Source: Deltaproteobacteria bacterium
GTDB lineage: Bacteria; Desulfobacterota; GWC2-55-46; DRQE01
Reading direction: 5' to 3'
Assembly (NCBI GenBank): GCA_024278765.1
Contig: JAJRSM010000044.1
Location: 5,972 to 69,971 of the forward strand
Length of the DNA stretch: 64,000 nt
This document shows positions 23,197 through 31,407 of the stretch, piece by piece. Both the position numbers and the translations under genes were made by a program. How positions within the stretch are numbered: the stretch's first letter is position 1; each line of letters opens with the position of its first letter. The notes under the pieces were generated by a model. It was not told the DNA's origin, searched no databases, and was given only the letters and a program-made list of their open reading frames with translations.

Positions 23197-23799
23197 ATGG
23201 GACATGATGATATTATTGAAGACGACAGCGTGAAGTCCAAGGGTGCCCTAACTTGCTTGAATGTTGGATGTGGTAATGACATATTAGATGGGTATATTAA
23301 TCTTGATGCTGTAAAATTGGACGGGGTGGATGTTGTCCATGACTTGACCGTCTTTCCATGGCCTTTTGCTGATGATTATTTTGAAGAGATACGTATGATA
23401 AATGTACTTGAGCACTTGCCAGATACAGTCAAGGTCATGGAAGAGTTGTGGAGAATCTCAAAGGACGGAGCTAGCGTAGTCATACGTGTGCCGTACTGGA
23501 ATTGCTGGCAGTCCATAGGCGACCCCACGCACCTTAAGAGTTTTCATCAAAGAACTCTTGATTGCTTTGACCCATCAACGAAACAAGGCATGGAACGTTC
23601 TTATTATACAAAAGCGCGTTTTAAGATCAATTGCATTGGTTATTGGGTGCCTTTACTGCCTATTGAAGATGGTAGGGGCTGGTTTAAAGTAACTAATCCG
23701 GTTGCCAAGTTATTTATGACGGCCTTGTCTACATACCTAAGCAATATAATATGGGGACTGGAGTTTGAATTGATCACTTTAAAACATGAGAGGAAGTGA
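23197..23799 (+). CDS. Class I SAM-dependent methyltransferase.
   Basis: The LNVGCGNDILDGYINLD motif and a length of about 200 aa fit the family. Confidence 0.7.
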   Translation: MGHDDIIEDDSVKSKGALTCLNVGCGNDILDGYINLDAVKLDGVDVVHDLTVFPWPFADDYFEEIRMINVLEHLPDTVKVMEELWRISKDGASVVIRVPYWNCWQSIGDPTHLKSFHQRTLDCFDPSTKQGMERSYYTKARFKINCIGYWVPLLPIEDGRGWFKVTNPVAKLFMTALSTYLSNIIWGLEFELITLKHERK

Positions 23800-24007
23800 C
23801 GGATTTCGCAAGGAAGAGCCTTTTGATTTTGAGTCTCCAAGTGTGACTTTAATGAACTGGACCTTGGGGGGATCTGATAAGGAATATATATAACAGCCTG
23901 CCTGATAACGGTTGCTTTATATTGCTAGAAAAGGTTCTGGGTGACATTCCTATGACCAACAGACTTTTTATTGGAATTAAAATATCATAAGATTTAGAGT
24001 GTAAGAG

Positions 24008-25306
24008 ATGAAATTTGTTGAAAAAGTTTTTTTATTCCTTAAGGTAGAAGTAGCAGTTCACTTGTCTCGTATTGGCTTAAGGTTTATGCTCGCCGCGTTT
24101 ATGGGGCCTGCCAATTATGGTATTTTTGTTCTACTTAAATTAATTCCAGATTATAGTGAAAAGCTTGGTCGATTAGCAGTAGACGATGCAGCTATATATC
24201 TGGCCGGTAAAAAAGAATATCCAGTGAAGGAAGTAGCTTTCACATTGTTTTTTTTAATTCTTTTAATGAGTTTATTGTTTGTAATAATACTCTTATGGCA
24301 ATCGGAACAAATAGGTCAATGGATATTCAAAGATCTAACGATCGACAAGCTTTTGTTATGGATTATAATTATTAGCATTCCGCCGATTTTTTTAATTCGC
24401 TCTATGCTAAAACTTTTTCTTTTCCATGATTCTTTATTGATTTATAACTGTTTAGCTTTTTTACCTTCCTTATTGGGTTTATTGATAGGTTCTATTGCTT
24501 TTATAGTCTTCGATGCTGGTATTATTGGTTTGTTTATCTGTTTTGGAGTTATATATTTTATCGCTTTATTGATAGGTATGTTTTTTTATCTAAAGAATTT
24601 TGGTGTTACGCCTGTCTTTAAACCTGTTTTGGTTGCCAGATTGTTTGGATATGGCGGCAGGTTATATTTAGCAACACTTGCTAATTTTATTAAGAACAGG
24701 GTGGACATATTGATCGTCGCCTATTTTCTCACATCTAAGGAGGTTGGTTACTATGCTTTGGCCTTGTTGGTGATTACCAGCTTTAGCAGAATACCTGCTG
24801 TTGCCTCTATGCTCATATACCCTCTGTTAACTAAAAGAAAGCATGGTGAGGCAGTGAAAATGACAGTTAAAGCATGTAGGCATGTCTTCTTTATAGGTCT
24901 AATTTTTTGTGTCCCTATTTTCTTTGTTGTTAAGATATTAGTTGCTTCTTTCATGCCAAAAGATTATTCACTTGTACCTGGTATTGTACTTCTAGCTTTA
25001 CCAGGTGTGATTTTTACGGGCATCATCCCTTTATTGCAAAGTCATTTTTTTGGAACAGGGCGACCTAGTATTATTACAAAAGCTGTTCTATATAGCGGCA
25101 TTGTTTCTTTAGCGGGCAATTTTTTACTAATACCCAAAATAGGTTTGCTTGGAGCACCAGTGTCTTTTTCAATTTCGTCAATTTTCATGACTGTGTTAAT
25201 CTTAGTCAGATTCCTACAGGTTGAAGGTGTTAAACTAAAAGAGATATTTGCATTTAAGAAGGATGATTTGTCGCTTTATCTCAAATTATTTAAATTACAG
25301 AAATAA
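24008..25306 (+). CDS. wzx: Wzx-type oligosaccharide flippase (MOP/polysaccharide biosynthesis family).
   Basis: About 12 TM helices in 432 aa within a glycan locus support the call. Confidence 0.65.
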   Translation: MKFVEKVFLFLKVEVAVHLSRIGLRFMLAAFMGPANYGIFVLLKLIPDYSEKLGRLAVDDAAIYLAGKKEYPVKEVAFTLFFLILLMSLLFVIILLWQSEQIGQWIFKDLTIDKLLLWIIIISIPPIFLIRSMLKLFLFHDSLLIYNCLAFLPSLLGLLIGSIAFIVFDAGIIGLFICFGVIYFIALLIGMFFYLKNFGVTPVFKPVLVARLFGYGGRLYLATLANFIKNRVDILIVAYFLTSKEVGYYALALLVITSFSRIPAVASMLIYPLLTKRKHGEAVKMTVKACRHVFFIGLIFCVPIFFVVKILVASFMPKDYSLVPGIVLLALPGVIFTGIIPLLQSHFFGTGRPSIITKAVLYSGIVSLAGNFLLIPKIGLLGAPVSFSISSIFMTVLILVRFLQVEGVKLKEIFAFKKDDLSLYLKLFKLQK

Positions 25307-25476
25307 ATTTATTGTGGCTGATATTGTGTCTGTGATCATGAGTGTTTTAAGGGAATTATTGGTTGAAACCTAGCCTCTTAAATGTTGTATATTATAATAC
25401 TCCCCAAAATTTAGACAGCGGCATTTGTTGTATGATGGTCTGCCAAGATCAGTAAGGAGGCAGACGAGATGAAGAA

Positions 25477-25680
25477 GAAGCACGATGCGTCGTTCAAAGC
25501 TAAGGTTGCACTTGAGGCGATAAAGGGTGAGAAGACGCTGCTTAGTTATCAAGCCAGTACGGAGTCCACCCGAACCAGATAGGCCAGTGTAAAAAGCGTC
25601 TTCTGGAGGGTCTTACGAGGTTCTTTTCGGACAAGCGCAAGAAGTCCATATGGATATATAAACCTTTTATAAGAAACTGA
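25477..25680 (+). pseudogene. Frameshifted, truncated remnant of an IS3-family OrfA transposase (HTH_Tnp_1 type).
   Basis: Frame A reads MKKKHDASFKAKVALEAIKGEKTLL and then shifts; frame B continues QYGVHPNQIGQCKKRLLEGLTRFFSDKRKK, which matches the conserved FKAKVALEAL..GEKT...YGVHPNQI.QWKKQLLEG motif of IS3-family OrfA. Confidence 0.65.
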
Positions 25681-25685
25681 TTACT

Positions 25686-26438
25686 ATGACTGATAAAAAT
25701 TCATTGAATCTTTTTAGAGACCTTGATTCGGGTGCTTTTAAAAAGAAATTTATTTGTGAACTGAACTATGAATACAAGCCTCAGTTCAGTGTATTGTCTG
25801 AATTTGCAAGAAACCTGCTGAGTTTGACTTCTCCAGGTGCTATTGTGCTTGATATTGGAGCAGGCCGTTGTCAATGGAAGCGTCTTTTTACCGATTGTAT
25901 GTATATTGGTGTAGATAATTGTGTTGGTGATGATCAGTGGGAGTATAGTGCACTGGATTGTGTCGCTGATATTGCGAACTTGCCGATAAAGAGCAATTCA
26001 GTTGATGTTGTTATTTGCATGGCCGTGCTTGGCCATGTTCCTGAGCCGGGAAGGATTATAAGAGAGGCATATAGAGTCTTAAAACCCGGGGGCAGCTTTT
26101 TTTCTTTAAGTGAATTTGCCAAGGCTGAACATCAGGTGCCTTATGACTTTGTCAGGTTAACTGAGTTTGCACTGAAAAAATATACTGAAGATAGCGGTTT
26201 CTCTGTTGTCGATATATATGGTTCCAATTCATTTTACACATCAATTCTTAATCTTATTGAAAACTATACATGGAAGGTTTCGTATGGAGGGGTGAAGGCG
26301 GTGGTAAGGTTCTTACTTAAATTACTAATAAAATCAGGGTTGTTTGGCTTGCTTTATTGTATGTCGTCACGTAAAAAGACTGATCAGAATAATTTATTCC
26401 CTGTTTATTTTCTTACGCAATGTAAAAAAAATAAATAA
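25686..26438 (+). CDS. Class I SAM-dependent methyltransferase.
   Basis: VLDIGAGRCQW and VLKPGG motifs are present. Confidence 0.7.
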   Translation: MTDKNSLNLFRDLDSGAFKKKFICELNYEYKPQFSVLSEFARNLLSLTSPGAIVLDIGAGRCQWKRLFTDCMYIGVDNCVGDDQWEYSALDCVADIANLPIKSNSVDVVICMAVLGHVPEPGRIIREAYRVLKPGGSFFSLSEFAKAEHQVPYDFVRLTEFALKKYTEDSGFSVVDIYGSNSFYTSILNLIENYTWKVSYGGVKAVVRFLLKLLIKSGLFGLLYCMSSRKKTDQNNLFPVYFLTQCKKNK

Positions 26439-27847
26439 TGAAGACTATTATTCTTAGCATACCCTACACCATGTCGGCAAGGAATATTCTCAGGTCAGAT
26501 ATATTCAGGATCTTGAAGTCTAACTTCAAGGTAGTGGTACTAACGCCTCTTCATGCCGATAATAACTTCAGGCAAGAATTCGCCACTGACAATGTTGTGA
26601 TAAAAGACCTGCCGCGCGTTGAGTCTATTTTTTATAAGCTATTCAGAAGGACGCTTGATATTGTAGAGGGTTATTATTTTACCAGGAAGACCCGTATAGA
26701 GACGCTTCTGATACTTAGGGAATGTCTTAAAAAGACAAAACCTGTTACTTACTGGGTCAGGACGGCTATTGGTTGTTTATTTTCACCATTGCTCGGCACT
26801 CTGCGTACCTTGCAGGGGAGTTTTCTGCAATCTTCTTATTACGACCGCCTGTTTTCTGAGTATGACCCCGTACTCGTTTTCCTGACCCATCCTATAGCGA
26901 TTGAAGAGTTCGCGCCGGCTTTTTATGCTAAGAGGCTAGGCATAAAGTTGGCTGCCATGATACACAGCTGGGATAATGTAACCTCAAAGTCGGGAATAAG
27001 GACAGTTACGTCCAACAGGCCCGGGCGCATGCTACCTCTTGATTTTGATAAGGTCGTAGTATGGAATGATATTATACGTGAGGAACTTACCAGCTATTAC
27101 GGCTATGCAAAGGACGATGTCTCTGCCTTTGGTGTGCCTCAATTTGACTCTTATTATAATTATAAGCCATCATCGCGTAAAGATTTTTTTAAAAAAATAG
27201 GAGCAGACCCTGAAAAAAAACTCATACTCTACGCCGCAGGAAGTTCCTTCTTATTACCAAAACAGGATGAAGTTATAGATATTATCGTAAAGGCTATAAC
27301 TGATGATAAGTTTGCTGCGTCGTCCCAGTTACTTATTAGAGCGCATCCCGGGACGGATATGACTGCTTTACGTAATAAGTTTTCAGGTTGCGCGAAGGTC
27401 TTGTTTTCCGAGCCAGGTATCGCCAATGCAGCCCTGAGGTGCTCTAAGGGCTGGAAACCTGTTGACGGCACGCAGGCCGCTCTTGCCGATATACTTTCTC
27501 ACTGTGACGTTACGGTCAATGTCTCTTCCACGATGAGTCTTGATGCGGCAGTTTTTGATAAGCCAATTGTATGCGTAGGTCTGGACGGCTATAAAAACCT
27601 TCCTTATCACAAGTCTTTACTTAAACACTATGATTTTACTCACTATAAATATGTTATGGATACAGGAGGGGTAAAGCTTGCAAAAACCCCCGAAGAATTG
27701 ATAACATATATAAACGATTATCTACTTGATCCCTCGTTCGATAGCAGTGGCAGAAGAAAGATCAGAGAAGGGCTTTGCTATAACCCTGACGGTAAGGCAG
27801 GTGAGCGAATCGGCAGATATATCTGTGAGTTGGTAGGGGCTGTTTAA
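26438..27847 (+). CDS. Putative GT-B transferase of the CDP-glycerol glycerophosphotransferase/KpsC-like (Glyphos_transf-like) type.
   Basis: Weak motifs resemble the TagF family (KKLILYAAGSS, NVSSTMSLDAAVFDKPIV), the length is 469 aa, and a CMP-sugar synthetase gene lies directly downstream. Confidence 0.4.
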   Translation: MKTIILSIPYTMSARNILRSDIFRILKSNFKVVVLTPLHADNNFRQEFATDNVVIKDLPRVESIFYKLFRRTLDIVEGYYFTRKTRIETLLILRECLKKTKPVTYWVRTAIGCLFSPLLGTLRTLQGSFLQSSYYDRLFSEYDPVLVFLTHPIAIEEFAPAFYAKRLGIKLAAMIHSWDNVTSKSGIRTVTSNRPGRMLPLDFDKVVVWNDIIREELTSYYGYAKDDVSAFGVPQFDSYYNYKPSSRKDFFKKIGADPEKKLILYAAGSSFLLPKQDEVIDIIVKAITDDKFAASSQLLIRAHPGTDMTALRNKFSGCAKVLFSEPGIANAALRCSKGWKPVDGTQAALADILSHCDVTVNVSSTMSLDAAVFDKPIVCVGLDGYKNLPYHKSLLKHYDFTHYKYVMDTGGVKLAKTPEELITYINDYLLDPSFDSSGRRKIREGLCYNPDGKAGERIGRYICELVGAV

Positions 27848-27864
27848 TTATTAGTAACGAGATC

Positions 27865-28054
27865 TTAGGGTTAATAACTGCCCATGGCGGGTCGAAGGCT
27901 GCAAACAAGAACGGTGTTAGGTCTTTGACTGGAGACTTCGAATAATGAGTTTTGAGATTTTAGGGTTGATAACCGCCCATGGCGGGTCGAAGGCTGCAAA
28001 CTAGAATGGTGTTAGGTCTTTGACTGGAGACTTCGAATAATGAGTTTTGAGATT
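27865..28054 (+). repeat. Tandem repeat of two 95-bp units (27865-27959, 27960-28054), with a third unit continuing into the gene from 28055; each unit is the leader plus first about 17 codons of the downstream cytidylyltransferase gene. A 19-codon decoy ORF runs 27945-28004.
   Basis: The period is 95 bp with about 93% identity between units; the decoy reads MSFEILGLITAHGGSKAAN* against the real start MSFEILGLITARGGSKTV. Confidence 0.85.
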
Positions 28055-28765
28055 TTAGGGCTTATAACCGCCCGTGGCGGTTCAAAGACCGTTCCTAAGA
28101 AGAACATTAAGGATCTGGGGGGTAAGCCTCTGCTCGCCTATACCATTGAAGAGGCACGTAAGACAGGGCTAATTAGCAGGCTTATTATTAGCACTGACTG
28201 CGAGGAGATTGCAGCGGTTGCCATGGACTATGGCTGTGAAGTTCCTTTTATGAGGCCTTCCGAGTTTGCCGGCGATATGGTCCAGGATTTGCCTGTTTTT
28301 GAGCATGCTCTTAAGTGGCTTGAAAGGGAAGAGGGGTATAGCTCTGATATGGTCGTGCATCTGAGGCCCACCGCCCCGCTTCGCAGGGTTACGCATATAG
28401 AGGGCGCGATAAAGACGCTCATTGCTCACCCCGATGCCGACTCGGTGCGTTCGGTATGTTTAGCACCCAAGCATCCGCTAAAGATGTGGAGAATTGAAGG
28501 AGACCGGTTGGTCTCTTATATACCTGCCGAGGTAAGCGGAATTAAGGAGTCTTACAATTATCCTCGCCAGAAATTGCCGGAGGCTTACGTGCAGAACGGA
28601 TCGGTCGATGTGATAAGGAGGAAGACTATTACCGATATGGGAACGATGAGTGGTGACCTTATAGTACCGTATGTGATGGAGGAGGAAGATTCTATTAATA
28701 TTGATACTTTCATGGACTTTGCTATGGCTGAGATCTTGCTGCGCGATAGGTTGGCCGAATTTTAA
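28040..28765 (+). CDS. Acylneuraminate (CMP-nonulosonate) cytidylyltransferase family protein.
   Basis: GLITARGGSKTVPKKNIKDLGGKPLLAYTI is the CMP-NeuAc/Pse/Leg/KDN synthetase N-terminal motif. Confidence 0.85.
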   Translation: MSFEILGLITARGGSKTVPKKNIKDLGGKPLLAYTIEEARKTGLISRLIISTDCEEIAAVAMDYGCEVPFMRPSEFAGDMVQDLPVFEHALKWLEREEGYSSDMVVHLRPTAPLRRVTHIEGAIKTLIAHPDADSVRSVCLAPKHPLKMWRIEGDRLVSYIPAEVSGIKESYNYPRQKLPEAYVQNGSVDVIRRKTITDMGTMSGDLIVPYVMEEEDSINIDTFMDFAMAEILLRDRLAEF

Positions 28766-28775
28766 GGGGTAAGTT

Positions 28776-29930
28776 ATGAGAATTGCTATCTCAACTTGCT
28801 CTATGGTTAGTTGTGACAAGGATTTTGCAGGGACAGGGCTCGGAGTTTATCTGGATAACCTGGTCACCTTCCTTCAGAAAGAAGCTTCTGACGATCAGTT
28901 TTATATCTTTATGCCCGAGAGCCAGCGCCGATTTTTCAAAATAAAGCATAAAAACTTCAAAGCTATATATCTCAAGGAGTATACGAACAGGCTCATTCCA
29001 GGGCTTTTGTGGTACTTTTTTTTACTACCTTTGCTTTTGAAACGCTATAAGATAGATTGTCTGCATATACCTGACTTTAGAAGGTTTCCTTTGATAAAGG
29101 TATGTCCTATTGTCTTGACGATTCACGATATGACAAACTTTATAGTCAAAGGTCGTCTGACAACGACCAAGAAGATATATAGATATTTTATTAAGTATGT
29201 CTTCTCTAAATATGCAGACAGGATAGTGACCGTATCTGATAATACAAAGAAAGACGTTGTAAATGTACTCGGGATAGATCCGGCGAAGATTACCGTAGTT
29301 CATAACGGTGTCTCAAAAGAGTTTTGCGTGAGAGAGAGAAAAAGTGCTTTAAAGGAGCTTAAGTCCTTTGACCCACCTGAAAGGTCAATCCTTTACGTCT
29401 CACGGCTTGAGCATCCTTTGAAAAATCATATTACGCTGCTCAGGGCCTACGCAAGGTGCAAAGAAGAGAAAGATTTCGCTCATAAATTGATATTTATAGG
29501 TGAGAGGTGGAGCGGTCATGAGGCTATTTTTGTTGAAATAAAGAGGTTAGGGTTGGGCGGTGATGTCATTATGTTAGAGAAGATATCGTTTAAGGCCCTT
29601 ACTCGTTTTTATAATATAGCAGACCTGTTTGTATTTCCTTCTTTATATGAAGGGTTTGGACTGCCTGCGGTTGAGGCCCTTGCAAGCGGAGTGCCTGTTA
29701 TTGCCTCTGATACCTCTTCTTTAAAAGAGATCGTTGGCGGCTCAGGGCTACTCTTTAAGCCCGGAGATGACCTGAATTTATCTGAGCTGATATTAAAGGT
29801 TTTAGATGATAAAAACCTGCGTAGTGATATGATACAAAAAGGGCTTTCGCGCAGCTCCGAGTATTGTTGGAAGGCCGTGGCATCATCGATGTTAAGTGTC
29901 TATAGATCCAGCGCATCACGGGTTCAATAA
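28776..29930 (+). CDS. GT4 (GT-B fold) glycosyltransferase.
   Basis: The C-terminal FVFPSLYEGFGLPAVEALASGVPVIASD motif matches the EX7E region. Confidence 0.85.
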   Translation: MRIAISTCSMVSCDKDFAGTGLGVYLDNLVTFLQKEASDDQFYIFMPESQRRFFKIKHKNFKAIYLKEYTNRLIPGLLWYFFLLPLLLKRYKIDCLHIPDFRRFPLIKVCPIVLTIHDMTNFIVKGRLTTTKKIYRYFIKYVFSKYADRIVTVSDNTKKDVVNVLGIDPAKITVVHNGVSKEFCVRERKSALKELKSFDPPERSILYVSRLEHPLKNHITLLRAYARCKEEKDFAHKLIFIGERWSGHEAIFVEIKRLGLGGDVIMLEKISFKALTRFYNIADLFVFPSLYEGFGLPAVEALASGVPVIASDTSSLKEIVGGSGLLFKPGDDLNLSELILKVLDDKNLRSDMIQKGLSRSSEYCWKAVASSMLSVYRSSASRVQ

Positions 29931-29931
29931 G

Positions 29932-31407
29932 ATGAAGATAACCCTCATACTAATAGAGATAAGAAGCGATATTCCGGGCTTTACCGGCAATTATTATGAA
30001 GGCGTCGGGGCTGTCTCGGCGGCCTTGGAGGGTGCTGGTAATGAGGTGAGTTTCCTGCACCTGACGCGTACGATGGAGAGGGGCGAGTTCATAGCAAGGC
30101 TTGAGCAGGACCGGCCAGGTATGGTCGCCTTCTCGGCTATGACCAACGGCTTTCATTACGCCAAAGAGATGACCGGCTGGGTAAAGGAATATAGCAAGGA
30201 TGTGATCGTCCTTTGCGGTGGTATTCACGCAACGCTAGACCCTGAGGACGTCATTAAGGTCGGTGCTATCGACTACGTCTGCCGTGGCGAGGGCGAAGAT
30301 CCTATGGTAGAACTTTGCGATGCGCTTGATAATTGCAAGAGCCCTAATTATATCTCCAATATATGGCTTCGAGATGGCAAGAAGGTAATAAGAAATAAGG
30401 TTCGTTCGACATATCAGGATCTGGACCGTTTTCCGCACCCTGATCGTGATATATTTGATTTTGATAATCTTCTGACGACCAAGGAGAGTTTTGCTACCTT
30501 TCTTGGGGGGCGAGGCTGTCCTTTTGCCTGTGCGTACTGTGCCAACCACGGAATGAAGGACCTTTATCCGAATAAGGGGCAGTATATAAGGTTTAAGACC
30601 GTAGACCGCCTAATGGACGAGATAGAGGTTGTTTTAAAGCGTTATCCTTATATTAAATATGTTGCTTTCTCCGATGACATTTTGCCTCTCAAAATCGACT
30701 GGCTGCGCGAGTTCGCCGATAAATACAAGGCGCGTATAAATCGTCCTTTTAAGTGTAATATTAACCCTATGCTCGTAAAAGACGAGACGATATCTCTTCT
30801 GCGTGCCGCCGGGTGTACGATGGTGGAGATCGGCGTTGAGAGCGGTAACGAGCGGATCAGGCGCGAGGTCTTAAACCGTAAGATCACCAACGAGGGGATG
30901 CTCAAGGCGACGCAGTTAATTCGCAGCTATGGGCTTAAGATTGCTACCTATAATATGGTCGGCGTGCCGGGTGAGAGTATTCGTGAGATACGTGATACTA
31001 TAAAGCTCAACGGCCAGATCGGGCCAGAGAAGATGTATGCATTTATCTTTTATCCTTACCCGGGTACGCGTTTACATGCATTTTGCAAGAAGGAAGGACT
31101 CTTGACCTCTTCAAGGTTTGATACCTACGCAGAGGGTACGATACTTAAGAGCAAGACCCTCACGGAAAAAGAGGTCGTCTTTGGCCACAGGTTTTTCAAG
31201 AGCTTTGCCAAGCTATATAAGAAGGCCAACAAGATGCCAAGCCCTCTTAATAAGATTTTGATGAAGTTACTGGATATTATTATTGTTGCAAAGCTGCCGT
31301 ACGGGCTTTTGATATTTACTCACTCGGTACTATACAGGACTGCGAGCTTCATGTACCTGAAGTTTGGCAGATACATCTATAACAGGCAAAAGGCATACTA
31401 CGGATGA
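29932..31407 (+). CDS. B12-binding domain radical SAM enzyme (class B radical SAM, methyltransferase-like).
   Basis: An N-terminal cobalamin-binding-like domain (VIVLCGGIHATLDPED) is followed by a radical SAM core (GGRGCPFACAYC). Confidence 0.75.
   Translation: MKITLILIEIRSDIPGFTGNYYEGVGAVSAALEGAGNEVSFLHLTRTMERGEFIARLEQDRPGMVAFSAMTNGFHYAKEMTGWVKEYSKDVIVLCGGIHATLDPEDVIKVGAIDYVCRGEGEDPMVELCDALDNCKSPNYISNIWLRDGKKVIRNKVRSTYQDLDRFPHPDRDIFDFDNLLTTKESFATFLGGRGCPFACAYCANHGMKDLYPNKGQYIRFKTVDRLMDEIEVVLKRYPYIKYVAFSDDILPLKIDWLREFADKYKARINRPFKCNINPMLVKDETISLLRAAGCTMVEIGVESGNERIRREVLNRKITNEGMLKATQLIRSYGLKIATYNMVGVPGESIREIRDTIKLNGQIGPEKMYAFIFYPYPGTRLHAFCKKEGLLTSSRFDTYAEGTILKSKTLTEKEVVFGHRFFKSFAKLYKKANKMPSPLNKILMKLLDIIIVAKLPYGLLIFTHSVLYRTASFMYLKFGRYIYNRQKAYYG

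Noticed and set aside
25370-25552. A 60-aa minus-strand ORF in the gap after the flippase gene.
   Set aside because: The plus strand of the same region encodes the recognisable IS3-type OrfA remnant, and the minus ORF has no features.
27865-28054. A regularly spaced repeat that could superficially suggest a CRISPR array.
   Set aside because: The units are contiguous at 95 bp with no unique spacers. They are copies of the adjacent gene's leader and 5' codons, and no cas genes are present.
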